Notes under the pieces: generated by a model
Database searches by the model: none
Told to the model about the DNA's origin: nothing
What the model saw: only the letters and a program-made list of their open reading frames with translations
Shown here: positions 13,261 to 26,239 of the stretch, piece after piece
Numbering within the stretch: the first letter of the stretch is position 1
How the letters are laid out: each line of letters opens with the position of its first letter
Translations under genes and position numbers: made by a program
NCBI GenBank assembly: GCA_013265495.1
Contig: MU058584.1
Location: forward strand, 1,028,616 to 1,092,615
Direction: 5' to 3'
Length of the DNA stretch: 64,000 bases
Source of the DNA: Vicugna vicugna
Taxonomy: Eukaryota

Positions 13261-14544
13261 CTACTATAGGGACTCTTTCAATCATTGTTAAATTCTTGTG
13301 TCAATTACAAGAGCACCTTGTGTGTGACTGACACTCTTTAGGTAACAATTGCGTCGAAAACAAATGGTGAGCTGGACCGCAATGAACTGAACTGAACCAT
13401 CACTGAAGATGGGGTTGCTCTAGAGAGGATAAAGTTAAGGACAAAGCTCTATTTTTATTTTCTTGGAGACTTTGATATTGCCTACCTCTCCGTGTCCCAT
13501 TGGTCAAGTGAGTGAGTGAAGACGATGCTCAAATTCATCTTGCTTTTGAAAGGCTATCTTCCTGTGAATTGGTTTGCCTGAGGTCACGCAGCCAGAGGAT
13601 GACATTACAGAGAAATGTTTTCCCTTGACTTTTATTATCACAATGTCCCGTGCAGAGCTAGAGATGAAAAGGCAGCAAAATACATGCAACAAAACAAAAT
13701 ACCATGATGGAAAGAATGATTAAATAAATGTTTTTTCGACTGTCATTACTGTTTCCTGGCTAAAGTAGAGGAAGTAAAATTACAATAGGAACGCAGTGAG
13801 CTGCACTTTATTTTTCAAAGGATATTGATTTCAAATGTTCCTGTTCCCAGTTCTTTGAGCAATTACTGTTTTTGAGTGTCCCAATTGGCCACCTTTGTCA
13901 CCTGGCCCCAGAAAGGCTCGAATGCATTGGCCACATGAATGCCTCCATCAAGCACAGTGCTGCCCTCACGGTGACAAAGAGGCATGTTTAGCTCTTGTTT
14001 TAACCTTTTCATCTGATTGAAGAAGGTGCTCAAAAGACTGGGGAGACAAAAGTAATTGCTTTAGATTTTTCAGCACAGGCTGTTACCACATGGGGGAACA
14101 TTGACAGTGTTTGTGGGATGCAGAATGATGTCAAGCCCCTGGAACTGCTTAATTAACAACTCTTCTCTGAAATCACCTACTGGGAATCTCCGCCATCCTT
14201 GCCTCTCAAACACTCCTTAAAGAGGTCGCGCTCACCAAAAGATCCCATAAATTCACCTTTTCTCAGGTGGGCGTCTCCATGGCGCTCTTCCCTCTTATCA
14301 CATTTTTTTTTTATTCCAGGCTTTGACTTCCTTATTCCTGGAAGGGAGCCTGTATTGTCGCAATCCGACGCATGTTACACTGCTGGCATTGTATTATTTG
14401 GTTTTTGGTGCCATTGGTGCTCAGTGTATAACCTTCATGGTGAGCTAACTTGGACACTGGGTCGAAGTTAAGATGGAAAAGAGACTATGTTATATATTTG
14501 TGACTTTTATGGGCTAGAAGTTGCCTTGATACTATTTTCTCGCT

Positions 14545-14961
14545 CTTTTCAGCAGCTTTCAGGGGTTACCTTTGCCCTGCCTGTCTCCCCTGGTTGCATT
14601 GGCCCCTCCAAAGTCCTTTTCTCCTCTGTTCTGCACCCTGAAGGCAGACCATTATGGGCATCATTGTCCAGCTCCCTTGCCCTGTGGTTTCTAATTCCAT
14701 CAGTGGCAAGCCCTGGCAGGTGGAGAGAGAAGTTGGGGTATTTTTCTTGTAGCCCCTCCTCCCCAGGGCCTTTGGTTGGCAGGGCCTTTATTTCCTTTCC
14801 TTAAGGCAGTGTTCATTTCCTCGCTCTTCTCTTACAGCTACAAGCGTCCCTGTGTTCAGGTAACCACGCCTTTCCCTTGCTATTTCTGGCCTAGGGAGGG
14901 CAGAGGTTCCCCACTTTCTCTTTTTGAGGATTCTGTTTCTTGTGAGACCCTGACTGATGCA
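14545..14961 (+). mobile_element. LTR33-like ERVL solo LTR
   Basis: gctcccttgccctgtggtttcta...ggggtattttt...cctagggagggc...; ends ctgtttcttgtgagaccctgactgatgca. Confidence 0.7.
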
Positions 14962-15118
14962 GGCACATAGAAGCAGAGGTAAGTGCAGGTAAAGGGTCAC
15001 CTCCAATTGTGGGTCAGCCTTCCCTGGTGCTCTCTATTTCTCTTTTCCAGCCACATCCCCACTGGCAAAGGTTTGCCTGTTGAGCACAGTGTTTTAAAAG
15101 AGAGTTACTGTGCGGGAG

Positions 15119-15235
15119 CGGGGCCACCTTGGTGGGTGTGCCACCTGCGTAGTCTTACAGAGCAGAGCACCCAGCAGGGCCCGGTGCTTGGTTAAATGCT
15201 CTGCAGTTGCCATTTCAAAATTCTTAAGTTTTGTT
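15119..15235 (+). mobile_element. MER45-like hAT-Tip100 DNA transposon fragment
   Basis: ggggcc...gggtgtgccacctgcgtagtc...agggcccggtgcttggttaaatgctctgcagttgccatttcaaaattctta. Confidence 0.75.
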
Positions 15236-15269
15236 TAGCCCTTCTAGTGTAACTTCTGAGCTCAGTTGT

Positions 15270-16400
15270 AACTTCTGTTTGGTACTTTCTTATATTTTCT
15301 ATCTCTTTGTTGAATTCTCATTGTGATCTTCTCCTGAGTTTGATGAGCATTTTTTTATGGCCATCTCTTTGAACTATTTATTGGGTAGATTTCTTATCTC
15401 CCATAATGTTCAGCTCTTTTTCTGAGGTTTTATCTTGTTCTTTTGGTTGGAACAAAGTCTTCTGTCTCCTCATTTTGCCTAATTCTCTGTGTTTGTTTCT
15501 AAGTATTAGGTTTATCAGCTCTCTCTCCCGGTCTTGAAGGAGAGACCTTGTGTAAGGGATGTTCTGTGGGGCTCAGAAGTACAGCCCCACCTGATCACCA
15601 CTCGAAGGCTGTCTCTTCTGTAGGCTGTGTTTACCCTCCTATTGTCGTTAGGCCAGAGCTGCTTCGGGGTGCTGGTAGGCAGGGCTACTGTCTGACTGAC
15701 TGCTAAGCCCAGCAAAGGTTCTGGGGGAGACAGGGCTCTCAGCAGGGCATGTCCACGGATGCTGACAGGTTAATTGGAGAAGCCCACAATGGTGCCCGCG
15801 GGTGCCAAGGGAGACTGAGATTGCATGAAAGGCTCCTACCAGGGACTCAGTCCTCAGGGAGCTTCCTAACTGGATCTTGACTCTTTGGTAGATGCTTCAA
15901 GATTAATAAGTGGTCCGTGCATTTTTCAGTCTGGTGTTTTTGTTCTGGTTTTTGGGTCAAGTAAGTCTGTGCATGAACCCTTTAAAAGTGGATTTTTTTT
16001 TTGTTCTCTGCAGCTCTATAGTTTTCTTGGGTGTGTTCCTCACTGGGTTTCAAAGTCAGGTGTTTTGGGGGTTCATCTTTCCTGTGCAGGATCTAGGGGT
16101 TGGGATGCCTGAGGTGGAGCTTGAATCCCTTGCTCCTCAAGGAAAAGGCTCCTATCTTTGTGATCCTTCCTGCTGGTGGGCCGCTGTGGCTGGAGTGTGA
16201 GTTTTTCCCTGAGAAGCTCATATCTCTGTCTCTCCTACCCATCTCAGTGCTGTCCTTTTACTCCTTTGTTGTGGAAACTCTGTTCATCCAGTTTCTGGGT
16301 CCCTTTCCATGGAAATTACCCCACATGTATTGCAGCTTTTTTGTGTTTGTGGGAGACGGTGCATTCAGGATCTTCCTGCACCACCTCAGCCCTCTCCCCG
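15270..16400 (-). mobile_element. L1 5' UTR and start of ORF1 (old L1MA/MB-type)
   Basis: Antisense ORF1 start (ctttgaactatttattgggtagatttcttatctcc...ctgtctcctcattttgcctaattctctgtgtttgtttcta) followed by a GC-richer UTR ending ggatcttcctgcaccacc. Confidence 0.7.
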
Positions 16401-16734
16401 GTGTTGTCCTTTTTTATTGGTCAATTCTTCTTGTGCTCACTTGGCTTCAACTTCCACGTGATGGACCAAATGACAGTGGGAAGGTATAGGTCTCATCCTC
16501 TCCCAAATTCAAACCCATGAGAAATTCTGTCTTATAAGCTTCATAAAAAAGTTCTAATGATGATTCTAATTTGCGTGGTTTGGTTAATAGTCCCACTTTA
16601 TATCACCTTTTCCACCTCTTTTGTTGTTTTTAAAGAGAGTTTTCTGAATGTTCTAGCTTCCTTATGCTTTCTCTAACTATCTCTCTATTGAGTTTTTTCT
16701 TTTATTTTTTAAAGTATTTTTTTTCTGATGGGTT

Positions 16735-16897
16735 TATTGTTTTTGTTTTGTTTTTTATTTTGTTTTGTTTTTTTGCAGGGAAGGTAAATAGAATTTATTT
16801 GTTTGTTTATTATTTAATGGAGGTCCTGGGGATTGAACCCAGGACACTGTGCATGCTAAACACATGCTCTATCTCTGAGCTGTGCCCTCTCTGCCCC
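16735..16897 (-). mobile_element. Camelid tRNA-derived SINE (Vic-1-like)
   Basis: ggaggtcctggggattgaacccaggacactgtgcatgctaaacacatgctctatctctgagct with a T-rich tail; reverse complement of the copy at 58185. Confidence 0.9.
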
Positions 16898-17559
16898 ACT
16901 TTTTAACTATTAATATCCAACTTCTCTAAAGACTTGTTGTACATATAAAACCCTTTCATCTCTCTCTGGAGGTATTTATATTTATTCTAATGGCTGGTTC
17001 AGTTGGTTTTATTTATTCTACCTCCTCAAGTATTTAGTTCTTCAATTTGAAGAACTTTTTGCCTGTTCAATGGTGTTTAGTTTCTTCGAGTGGTTTGTGA
17101 TAGCTGATTGTTCACTTTTGTATTTTATAATCCCAGTTTGACTTGAGGGAAGTGTTTCTTCTTCCTAAATAGAATGAGATGGATTTTTCACATTTTACTG
17201 GACTAAATGGTTGGGGTGGGAGCTGGATGGACAATAACAAAAATATCCACCACACTATCAGATGTTATCTTCTAATGCTTCTAATACATGCCCTCTAAAT
17301 CATTTGATTTTCTACTTTTTTTTTCTAAAAAATCTTATGCTCCTTTCTACCTTCACAGCATTGTTCATGATGATTGTCCCAGCTAAGGGACCATTTTTTT
17401 TCTTTATTTCTGTTTGTGAAAATCCTATACAGCCTTCAGATCTAATACAAGACTGATCACTTTCCACCCCCCCAAAAAAGAAAACTTCCTTATCATTTTT
17501 TCTGTTTTAGTTCATATGGCTCTTTTGGTTAATGTTGACTGCAAATGTGACTTCAAGGT

Positions 17560-17790
17560 CATTTCAGTTATAATAATTGCTACCACTCTGGAGGGGGTCC
17601 TGCTATGTGCTGAGCCCTGTAGTGGATCTGTCACACATACTGCATCTTTTGACCCTTCTGTAATGGGGTGGTTGTTATTTTTTCTATTTTACAGAAGAAG
17701 GAACTACATTTTAGAGCAAGAGGTCACTCAGCTCAGAGGTACCGGGACCGAATCTGGATGGTCTCAAAGCTGATTGCCTACACCACTCCT
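17560..17790 (-). mobile_element. MIR SINE
   Basis: ctatgtgctgagccctgt...tattttacagaagaaggaact...aggtcactcagct. Confidence 0.7.
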
Positions 17791-18569
17791 ACAGTTTCTT
17801 CTGTCCCACCTGTATCCCTAAGCCATATGGATGCAGAATTTGCCAAGACTCCTAATTCAAAAAGGGACTTTCCTGACAGCATTCTCAAGATTTAGAGAAA
17901 ATGAAAATAGACTTTTTCCCCTCTCCTTAAAAAGAAGATCAAGCGTATCTAGTCTAAGAGGGAAGACTATTTGAAGACAACTTGGAAAAAGAACTGGTCT
18001 TGAATCCTAACTCTGGTTCCGGAGCTCTTTGATGCTGCTCCCCCTTATCAGTGTGACTTTCTCCCTTGTCTGGCGGGAACATAGTTAAGCAGGGTAATGT
18101 TCAGAGCACATGATTTTAAATAAGTCTTTCACTCCAGCCAAAGATTCCTTTAGATTGAATGTCTGAATTTAGAGTCAAGTAAAAAGCACAAATAGAGATA
18201 GTTTGCTTAGGCTCATTCCCAGTGAGCCAAAAGTGTTATTAAAAAAAAAAAAGAAGAAGAAGAAGAAGAAGGGATAAAGATAATTGTGCCGTGCACGTCA
18301 GAAGCAAAGTAAGAGGACGCACAAGCCAATACTACATTATCTAGTTAGTTTGCTTTGTCTTACAGGCACCTCATTGCCCTCCTTTACAGCAAGGGGCTTT
18401 TAAATACTCTGTCCACAAGTTCAAGTCTGTAGGCCAAACCAGATTCCATTTCTTGCACATCGTGTCTTCTTGGCTAACTCAATTCCCAAGTTGACCAGAC
18501 AGTGTTGACAACAAATAGAACTATAAAGAAGTCAACACACCAAATGCCACCTATTATAATATTTTAGAG

Positions 18570-18740
18570 TATTCCAAAGCACTTTTGTATTTATCATTTA
18601 ACTTACTCTTCACAGCTGTATGAAGTAGGAATTATTCTGTGCATTCTATGATTACGGAACTGAGGCATTCGATGTGACTCATTTTAGGTTACCCAGCTAG
18701 AAACTGGCAGGACTGGAATTTAAACCCAACTCCAAATTGC
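18570..18740 (-). mobile_element. MIR SINE
   Basis: cttcacagctgtatgaagtagg...gaactgaggca...ggttacccagctag...ggactggaatttaaaccca. Confidence 0.75.
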
Positions 18741-18754
18741 ATCCCTTCCTCAAT

Positions 18755-18812
18755 ACACACACACACACACACATACACACATGCACCAGACACACACACA
18801 CACACACACACC
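18755..18812. repeat. (CA)n microsatellite
   Basis: Interrupted acacacac run. Confidence 0.95.
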
Positions 18813-18875
18813 CCCCACTGTTTCTGTTAATGTTTAACTTAGGACTGTCTCTAGGAAGAATAATGGTGCAAAAAA

Positions 18876-20990
18876 TTCATTTGGTTTCAATCAACATTTA
18901 TTAAGCTCCAATGTGTGCTATGTACTGTTCTAGATGCTGAGAATAAAGCAGTGAACCAAAGAAACAAAAATTTCTGCCTCTTGAAACTCACATTCTAGTG
19001 GGTAAAGATAGATAGTAAAGATCAATGCAACAGATAAGAAAGCTATCAAGTATGCTAGGAGGTAGTAAGTGACACGGAATAAAAGAAGAGGCACATTAAG
19101 ATTAGGGGAATTAAGATTACGAGGGCAGGGCAGACTGCAGTATTAAATAGAATGGTGAGGGTAGGACTCCTCAAGGAGAGATTAAAGCCAAGGCTTGAAG
19201 GATGTGCATTTGTGGGGAAGCAATCTTCCAGGCACAGGAAATAACCAGAGCCTGGCTGCTGAAGTATGAAAGTGCCTGGCGTGTTTGAAGAACAGCAGGG
19301 TGGCCCGGGCAGGGCACCTGAGGGAGAGCGTGGTAAAAGATGAAGTCAGAAGAGACACGTAGAGCCACATAGATCGTTATGTCATGAGGACTTTAACATT
19401 CTTTTGAGTAAGATGGAGAATCACTGGGGCATCTCGCCTAGAGGAAGGACAGGGTGTGATTTCCACTTAAAGGATGGTTTGGGCTGCGTGTAGGGAAGCA
19501 ATTTAGGGAAAGAGTAAGAAGTGTCTGGTTAGGAGTCTGGTTAGGAGGCTATGGCAGTGGGTTCATTCCCTGGAGCCGGGGTAACAAAGTACCACGGACA
19601 GAGTGGCTGTAAACAACGCAAACGCATTCTTTCACCGTTCTGGAGGCTGGAGGTCCGAAATCCAGGTGTTGGCTGGCCGGACCATGTTCTTCCTGTGCCT
19701 CTAGAGTAGCATCCTTCCCTTGTGTCTTCTGGCTTTCAGTAGCTTCTCGTGCTCCTTGGCTTGTGGCAGCATAAATCCAACTCTGCCTGTCTTCACAGGG
19801 CCATTCTCTCTCTGTGTCTCCACATCATCTTCCTTCTGCACGTGTCTGAGTCCATGTCCCAGTTTTCCCTTTTTATGAAGATGGCAGTCATATCGAATTA
19901 AGGTCCCATTCAAAAGACCTTATCTTAATTTGATTACAACTGCAATGGCTTTATTTCCAAATAAGTTTACATTGAGGCACTAGGGGTTAGGTCTTTGATT
20001 TTTTTTTTTTTTTCAGTGTGGGGCAAAATTCAACCTATTAACATGCAGTAACCTGGGTAAGAAATGGTGGAGGCTTAGAAAAGGTGGAAGCCAGAGGAGG
20101 GGGGTGGTACTGGTGAGGAATGTTTAGATTCTGGATGCATTTTGAAGGTAGCACCAGCAGAAACTACTGCTACAAGTGTGTGAAGTACGTGAAGTATGTG
20201 AAAAAAGCCAGAGATGACCTGAAGGCATTTTGATGAGCAGGTGGAATAACAGAGCTATCTGAAAGTGAAACAAGTTTTTGAAGAAAGAGGAAGATTAGCA
20301 GTTTAGTTTTTGACATATTGAGTTTGAGATGTTCATTTAGAAAAACTCAGAGAGAGGCTGAGTGGGAAGCTGGATTTATTTATGGGCCTAGAATTTGGGA
20401 GAGAGGCCTGCTTGAAGGTTTAAGTCTTTCAAATTTGCAAGTGTTTAGCATATGAAGGAAATTTAAAGCCAAGTGAGCGATTGCAATCACCAGGGAAGTG
20501 AGTATATAAATAGAAGAGATGGCCACATTCTGAGCCCCAGGAGATTCTACCATGAAGACCTTGAGTACCAGAGGGAGAGCTGGCAATAGGGACTGAGAAG
20601 GAGTAACCAGTGAGGAAGGAGGGAAAACCAAGAGAACGAAGAATCCTAGAAGCCAAATGAAGAAAACGTAGTGAAGTAGGGGAAGGTGATCAATTGTGTT
20701 AAAACCTGCAGATAGTTTAGGTGAGATAAGACTGAGGACTGATAATTAGATTTAGAGACAGATGCTGTCATGACCTTGACAAGATTTGCTATGGAGTGGT
20801 GATGAAGAAAGTTTTTTTAGAACAGGTTCAAGAGAAAATAGAAAGAGGATTGAAAGACCACAAGTATAGAAAATGTTTTCGAGGACTGAAATGGCAGTAC
20901 ACGAGGACAGTGGGGTCAAGAGAGGGCTTCTTTTTCTTTTTTAAAGGTTGGAAACACAACAGCATGTTTGTGTACTGATGGCAATGACCG
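18876..20990 (-). mobile_element. Long L2 (L2a-like) remnant, split by an MLT1 LTR
   Basis: Starts at the L2 3' end (tcaacatttattaagctccaatgtgtgc...gttctagatgctgagaata) and continues ~1.6 kb as purine-rich antisense L2. Confidence 0.88.
19558..20043 (-). mobile_element. MLT1C/D-like MaLR solo LTR with 5-bp TSD
   Basis: gtaacaaagtaccac...accgttctggaggctggaggtccgaaatc...caaaattcaacctattaaca; flanked by ggcag / tgcag. Confidence 0.9.
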
Positions 20991-21243
20991 GGAGAAGTTC
21001 ATGCTATCTCCTTTTCTGGTTGTCTCTCTGCTCTTCTGATGCTTCCTCATCCCCTTGCCCTTAGGTATTCTTGCTCTATCCTTATCTCTTAGGCTGGTTA
21101 TCTGGAGCAGTGGCCCATGTTTTTGTATTGCTTTCCTCCTTCATTAGTTTTTTCAGTTTCTTCTGAGCACTTCTCTATAAGTTAACATCACTGGGTAATT
21201 TCTCTGCCTATCTCAAAAATTTAGGGAATGATTGACATCAGAT

Positions 21244-21670
21244 TGTTACTGAACCAAACGTTGGTCCACTTGCCCAACGTACAACAAAGCCAGTTTACTG
21301 ACACTGGGTTGTCTTGAAGGAAGGTACAGTGTTTATTGCAGGACCCAGCAAGGAGAACAGGTGGCTCATGTTCAAAAGAACTGTACTCCTCAGTGGCTTT
21401 CAGGGAAAAGGGTTTTTAAAGACAATATTTGGGATGAGGGCTGTAGAGTGCATGACTTTCTTCTGATTCATGGGTGGTGAGGAAACAGGGTGGTGTTTTA
21501 GGAATCTTAATCAGCAGCCTTCTGGTTCCACCCAGCCTGGGATCTACATGCTTCTGAACATGTAGTTATCATCCTTCACCTGGGTGGGAGTCTTAGTTTC
21601 TGCAGAACAGCCAAAGGTAAGCGGTAGAATGTTATACATAGACCCCTTTAGAAGAAATTAGGACTCTGTT
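21244..21670 (-). mobile_element. ERV1-class LTR, truncated; same family as 41501-42135
   Basis: tgttactgaacc...tgaaggaaggtacagtgtttattgcagg...gcaaggagaa...gctcatg...tggctttcagggaa aligns with the 41501 copy. Confidence 0.8.
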
Positions 21671-22404
21671 AAAGACTAGAGGTAGAATGCCAGCAACTAA
21701 TGTGAAGGTAAGAAAGGTATTTTTGGTATGAATAGCCTGCCTGCCCCTTTGCAGGGCTGCAGAGGCTCATTCGCCCTATCTGCAGTTAAGGAACAGGTTT
21801 TTTTTGTCCTTTGAGGAATCAGCAAATCAAATTCTTTTGTCAGAGCTCAGACAGCAAGACATAGAGCTTTTGCCTGCTAGTAAATATGCAATTTCCAAAT
21901 GCAATTCATAGCTTGAGTTATTTTCACTACCCAGTCCTTCTTCAGTTCCAGACAATGAGATCGACTGCTCTGGGTGACCTTTAAGACCTGATAATTAGCA
22001 AGAAGCCGTAGACCCAAAACGGAAGCTCTTCAGACCCCGAGAATGCCCGCAATCCTGGGAAAGTCTAAAATTAGGCCTTATGTTTGTGTATTTGAATTAT
22101 TAGAGGTCCTTAATGCCCCCGGTCTTTCAGCCACTGTCTGTGTAATTCCTGGGACCCAGGGGAAATAAGGCAAAAGGAGATGCACACTTGATGGAATAAA
22201 AGAGCTTAGGAACCTGAAGAATAATGAGCTCTTCTATCAAAGCTGCATTAGGATGTGGTCGAGTCACAGTTTTGTCAAAGTATTTTTAGCTAGGGAATTT
22301 GGAAGTTGTTGGCATCTATGTGTCTTTAGAAATAGAAATTTCTTCTGCTGATTTTCCTTTTATATCTGGATCCTGCATCACTGAATTCTTTCATGCAGTG
22401 AGAG

Positions 22405-22600
22405 GCAGCCAATGAGATGTGGTGTGACAGAGAGCACTGGATGTGAGTCAGGGGATTTGGCCTTGAGAACTAATTCTACCTCTTTCTTAATAAATGATTT
22501 TGAACAAGTTACTTAAATGCTGTGAACTTCCATCTCCTCTTGTGTAAATGGTGATTGACATGCCTGCCTCCTGCAAAGGTTAGTTATGAGGATCAAGTGT
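22405..22600 (+). mobile_element. MIR SINE
   Basis: gagagcactggatgtgagtcagg...ttgaacaagttacttaa...gttatgaggatcaagtg. Confidence 0.75.
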
Positions 22601-23589
22601 GTCCCTGTTTGGGGGCTGTGCAGAGGTGGTCCCATGTAAGCTGTCATGAATAAGAAACTGTGGGCTTTTTCTGGTGGGATATCCTCCGTCCTTATGAGGC
22701 AGCAGGGCCTTGGGTGTTTCTTTGCTCATCTAATAAAGCTTGAGTCACTGATTAGAGCGGCCTCCCAGGGAGGTTAGTCCGTATTTCTAAACACTGTATC
22801 ATTCTGCCTCCCAATTCGCCTATGGGTGCGTGAGAGTAGAATGAGTCAGTCAACACCATTTCCTATGAATGTATTCTCTGTCTTTTGGAGGAATCACTAT
22901 TGTTTTGTTTTTGTAAAGGTACTTATCCTTGAGGCTCTGTTAGGATTGAGACACAAATTGTAAAAGCACATGAAACAGTAAGGCGATAAAGTTGCAGCAT
23001 AAGCTGAGAGCGTGAGCCACAGAATAAAGTAGCAATTGGGAAAGCCTTCACCCAAGAGGTGGATTTTAGGTCAAGTTTGAAAAAAGTTCATTGTAAGGAG
23101 AAAGGTATCTGACCTTGGGCAAATTTGGGGGGGCTTAGGTGCTCCCACCAAGTGGTCATACCTGTGGCTCAGGAGCAGAGAGGTCTAAATCGAGTGTGAG
23201 TCCTCCAACCTTTTTCAAACAGGCAGAACTCTCTTAACCAGCACCTCTATTTGGCGAGATGCTTGAAAATGCAATGGGAGGAAAGGGAAAATCTGGAAGG
23301 AAAATGAGATATCTGAAAGGGCCACCTTTCAGCAGAAGTTGGATGGTGGTGGGGAATAATTTCATGATGGAAATATGCCTTGGAGTGGGAGATAAGGAAG
23401 ATTGAAGCCTCCCTCAGATCACAGGCATCTCAGGAAACTTCTGAGATGCTGTCAACTCCCACGCATCACTATTTGTTTTTCCCGGGATGTGGGGCAGTTG
23501 AAAAAGGATTCAATAATATTTTCCACCCCCTTACCACATAGAAAAATTCTACTGAAGCAGAACATGGTGAAATGTCAGATTCTCGGTAC

Positions 23590-23780
23590 AAGTTAGCTTA
23601 GTGTAATAGAAAAGACAGAAAATTATGACTCAAAAATTACTTGAGTTTTAATCTCACCTGTATCCTTCCTGAGTACTGGGGACCTTGGTCATGTCAGATC
23701 ACCCTGCTAAATACTGGCCTTTCCTTAATCTATAAAATCGTGTTGGAAGATTTCTTCTAATTTTAACATTCTATAAGTCT
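23590..23780 (+). mobile_element. MIR3-like SINE
   Basis: cttgagttttaatctc...gaccttggtcatgtca...cttctaattttaacattctat. Confidence 0.55.
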
Positions 23781-24494
23781 GAAATCTATAATACTGTAGA
23801 AGGAAAAATACAATGTATCAATATTCTCAACATGAAAATGGGTGCATTTGCCTTGATTTAATTAAATAAAAAAGAGGTTTGAGCCTCATAACGAGTCCAA
23901 TGAATAAAAGGAATCTAGTCTCTGTCTTTGTCTCTGAGCTCTGGGGTATCATTTTTCTATAACTCACCAGAATAGTAAATACATCATTGAGATAGGATGT
24001 TTTAATTTTTTTCTTGTTTTAAATTTTTATTCTCTATTCTTTTAAAAGATAGATCTTGATTTAAGGTGATTCCAAACTATCCCCCCAGAATCTTGATTGA
24101 GTCTTAAGTAGCTATGGATTTCAGTTTAATTATTTCCAAATTGATTCCTCTTCTTTTTAGCTACTATGACCCAAGTTCAAGTTATCGGCCTTGTTGTTAC
24201 CATGGTAATGATAGCATAACGATGGCATCACTGAATCTAGGAGCTAGCAATTCCCCCACATATGAAGTAGTGTTGGAGGTTTCTCAAAGAAGATGTGAGC
24301 TTTGGGACTAAGCCCTGGGAGATAAATCTGCTTTCCCTATGCAATTTTCTACTTTCAAATAAAATATATTAAACCTGTTGCCATGACATCTTTCTCTAGG
24401 CAATATGAAGTATTTTATAGAAATTCAGTCTTGATTCTTGCCCTTATTGGAAGGATGTTGTCCCTGCAATTTTTTACATTCAAGAGAAATGAAT

Positions 24495-24645
24495 TCTATT
24501 GATTTGCATGCTTACTATATGCCAGAATGTGTTCACAGTGCATTACATGGTTTAGCTCGTTTAATCCTTACAACAGCCCTAGAAGATAGGTAATTATTTT
24601 TTTAAAAAAATCATTCTCATGTTACAGATAAAGAAACTGAAGAAC
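24495..24645 (-). mobile_element. MIR SINE
   Basis: cttactatatgccag...ctcgtttaatccttacaacagccct...ttacagataaagaaactga. Confidence 0.8.
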
Positions 24646-25289
24646 CAGATCCATGTGCTTGATTACCTGTGGCACTGCCTCTGACGGAAGGGGGATGCCC
24701 AGCCCCTGGTCTGCAATTCAGCTGTGATTCAACAAGAACTTAACACTTCTTGACATCTTCTTGCAATGTGATATAATACAATTGTGACTTAGCAATAAAG
24801 ATCAATTTTTAAATAAGATTCAAAAATCTTCTGAAGATCAAAGAGCCCAGTAATTTTTTTTGTGTGTGTGAATTAATGCTCTCCCTAATCAGGAAGCTCT
24901 TACCATAAAAAAAAAAAATCTTTTTTAAGACAGAAAACAGCTGGCTGGCAGTTGTGGTGGTGTGTGTTTATGCGGCATGGGTTGCTGGAACGTGAAAAGC
25001 AAAGAGACGGTGAGGCTTTTTTGAGAACTTGAATGACAATCACACTTAGAGTAGCCCAAACTGTGCCCAGTCTCTTCCCCAGGCATTAGACAGGAAGAGA
25101 GCAGCCTGGAATCTATATGCAGAGAGAATGCTGGGCTCCTAAGTCCAGTTCCCAGCCCAGACATAAATTGTGTACATAGCCAAAGATAAGTATCTGTACC
25201 CCTTTGAACCTTAGTAAAATGAAGGATGGAATTAACTGGAGTGTAAGTTCCCTTTTATCACCAATTACTGACCATTTGGATTATTTTTT

Positions 25290-26235
25290 TTTTCCATGCT
25301 TTAAAATACCTTTAGTTTTAAATCCTCCAGTGAGCCTATGAAACTTTAGGCACCTACCATCAACGCTAATAAAAGCAGAAGCTCAGGCCCACGTTCTCTC
25401 TTTCTCTCTCTCGCTCTTTCTCCGTGACCTTGCTGTGTGGTCCCAGGGATGCTGTGTAATTTTCGGGTCTAGTCAGTAACAAAACTCTGTATTTTTCTAA
25501 ATTTCCTGATGGTTATTGATGAAAGGTGTCTTGCAATCATAATAACTACAAGGGCTGGTCCAATCACAGCATTGATTACTGATAGGCTAACACCACCATA
25601 AAACAGATGGCATGGTTGGCAGGATTGCGTGATTGCCCTTGTAGTTAACTGAGGGGAATGCTGTTTACCTACAACTTGCTTACTCACCACTGAACTCAGA
25701 TGGGTAACTCTCTGGGAAAGGAGCATTGCTTGCCGAGTGCCTGTTGCGCTGCTCTGTGCTTTTTACATATTGCCTCTTAGCTGACTATTACTGCACATGA
25801 GAATCCTCCAGCCCGCAAGGCCAGGGAGCTAAGGAGAGTGGATTGGTTTGCAAGGCTATTATTACCGCTTTAGAAGAGGCTCTGGGCTAAAAGGCAAGAG
25901 AAATGTTTCCTGCAGGTAAGGAGGATGGGAGAGCTCCATCTGTAACCACTGAGTCAGCGATTCGTGCTTACATGGTGTCTCTTAACCCAGAAGAGTGAAA
26001 TAGCCTTGTAACCAGAAACCCAAGGTACCTTATAACTGAGATCTACAGCTCCTGTGTCCCCACTTAGCTCACTACTGTCACTCTTCCTCCCCTGACGTCA
26101 TGGGACACTGTGGGTCCAAGACCTGGTGTGATGCTGTTGCCTATCACACTAGTGTAGGTAAAGCCCGATCCTGGGGACCCCCCGGAAAGGACAGTGGTCA
26201 CCTACGAAGAGGGCTCACGGCGACGTCATCCAAAA
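25290..26235 (+). mobile_element. Class III (ERVL/ERV-S-like) provirus 5' fragment: LTR ending ~25605, tRNA-Ser PBS 25608-25625, leader
   Basis: LTR-like segment ends ...ataaaaCA, then a 2-nt spacer and TGGCATGGTTGGCAGGAT, 15/18 to the tRNA-Ser PBS TGGCGTAGTCGGCAGGAT. Confidence 0.7.
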
Positions 26236-26239
26236 ACTT

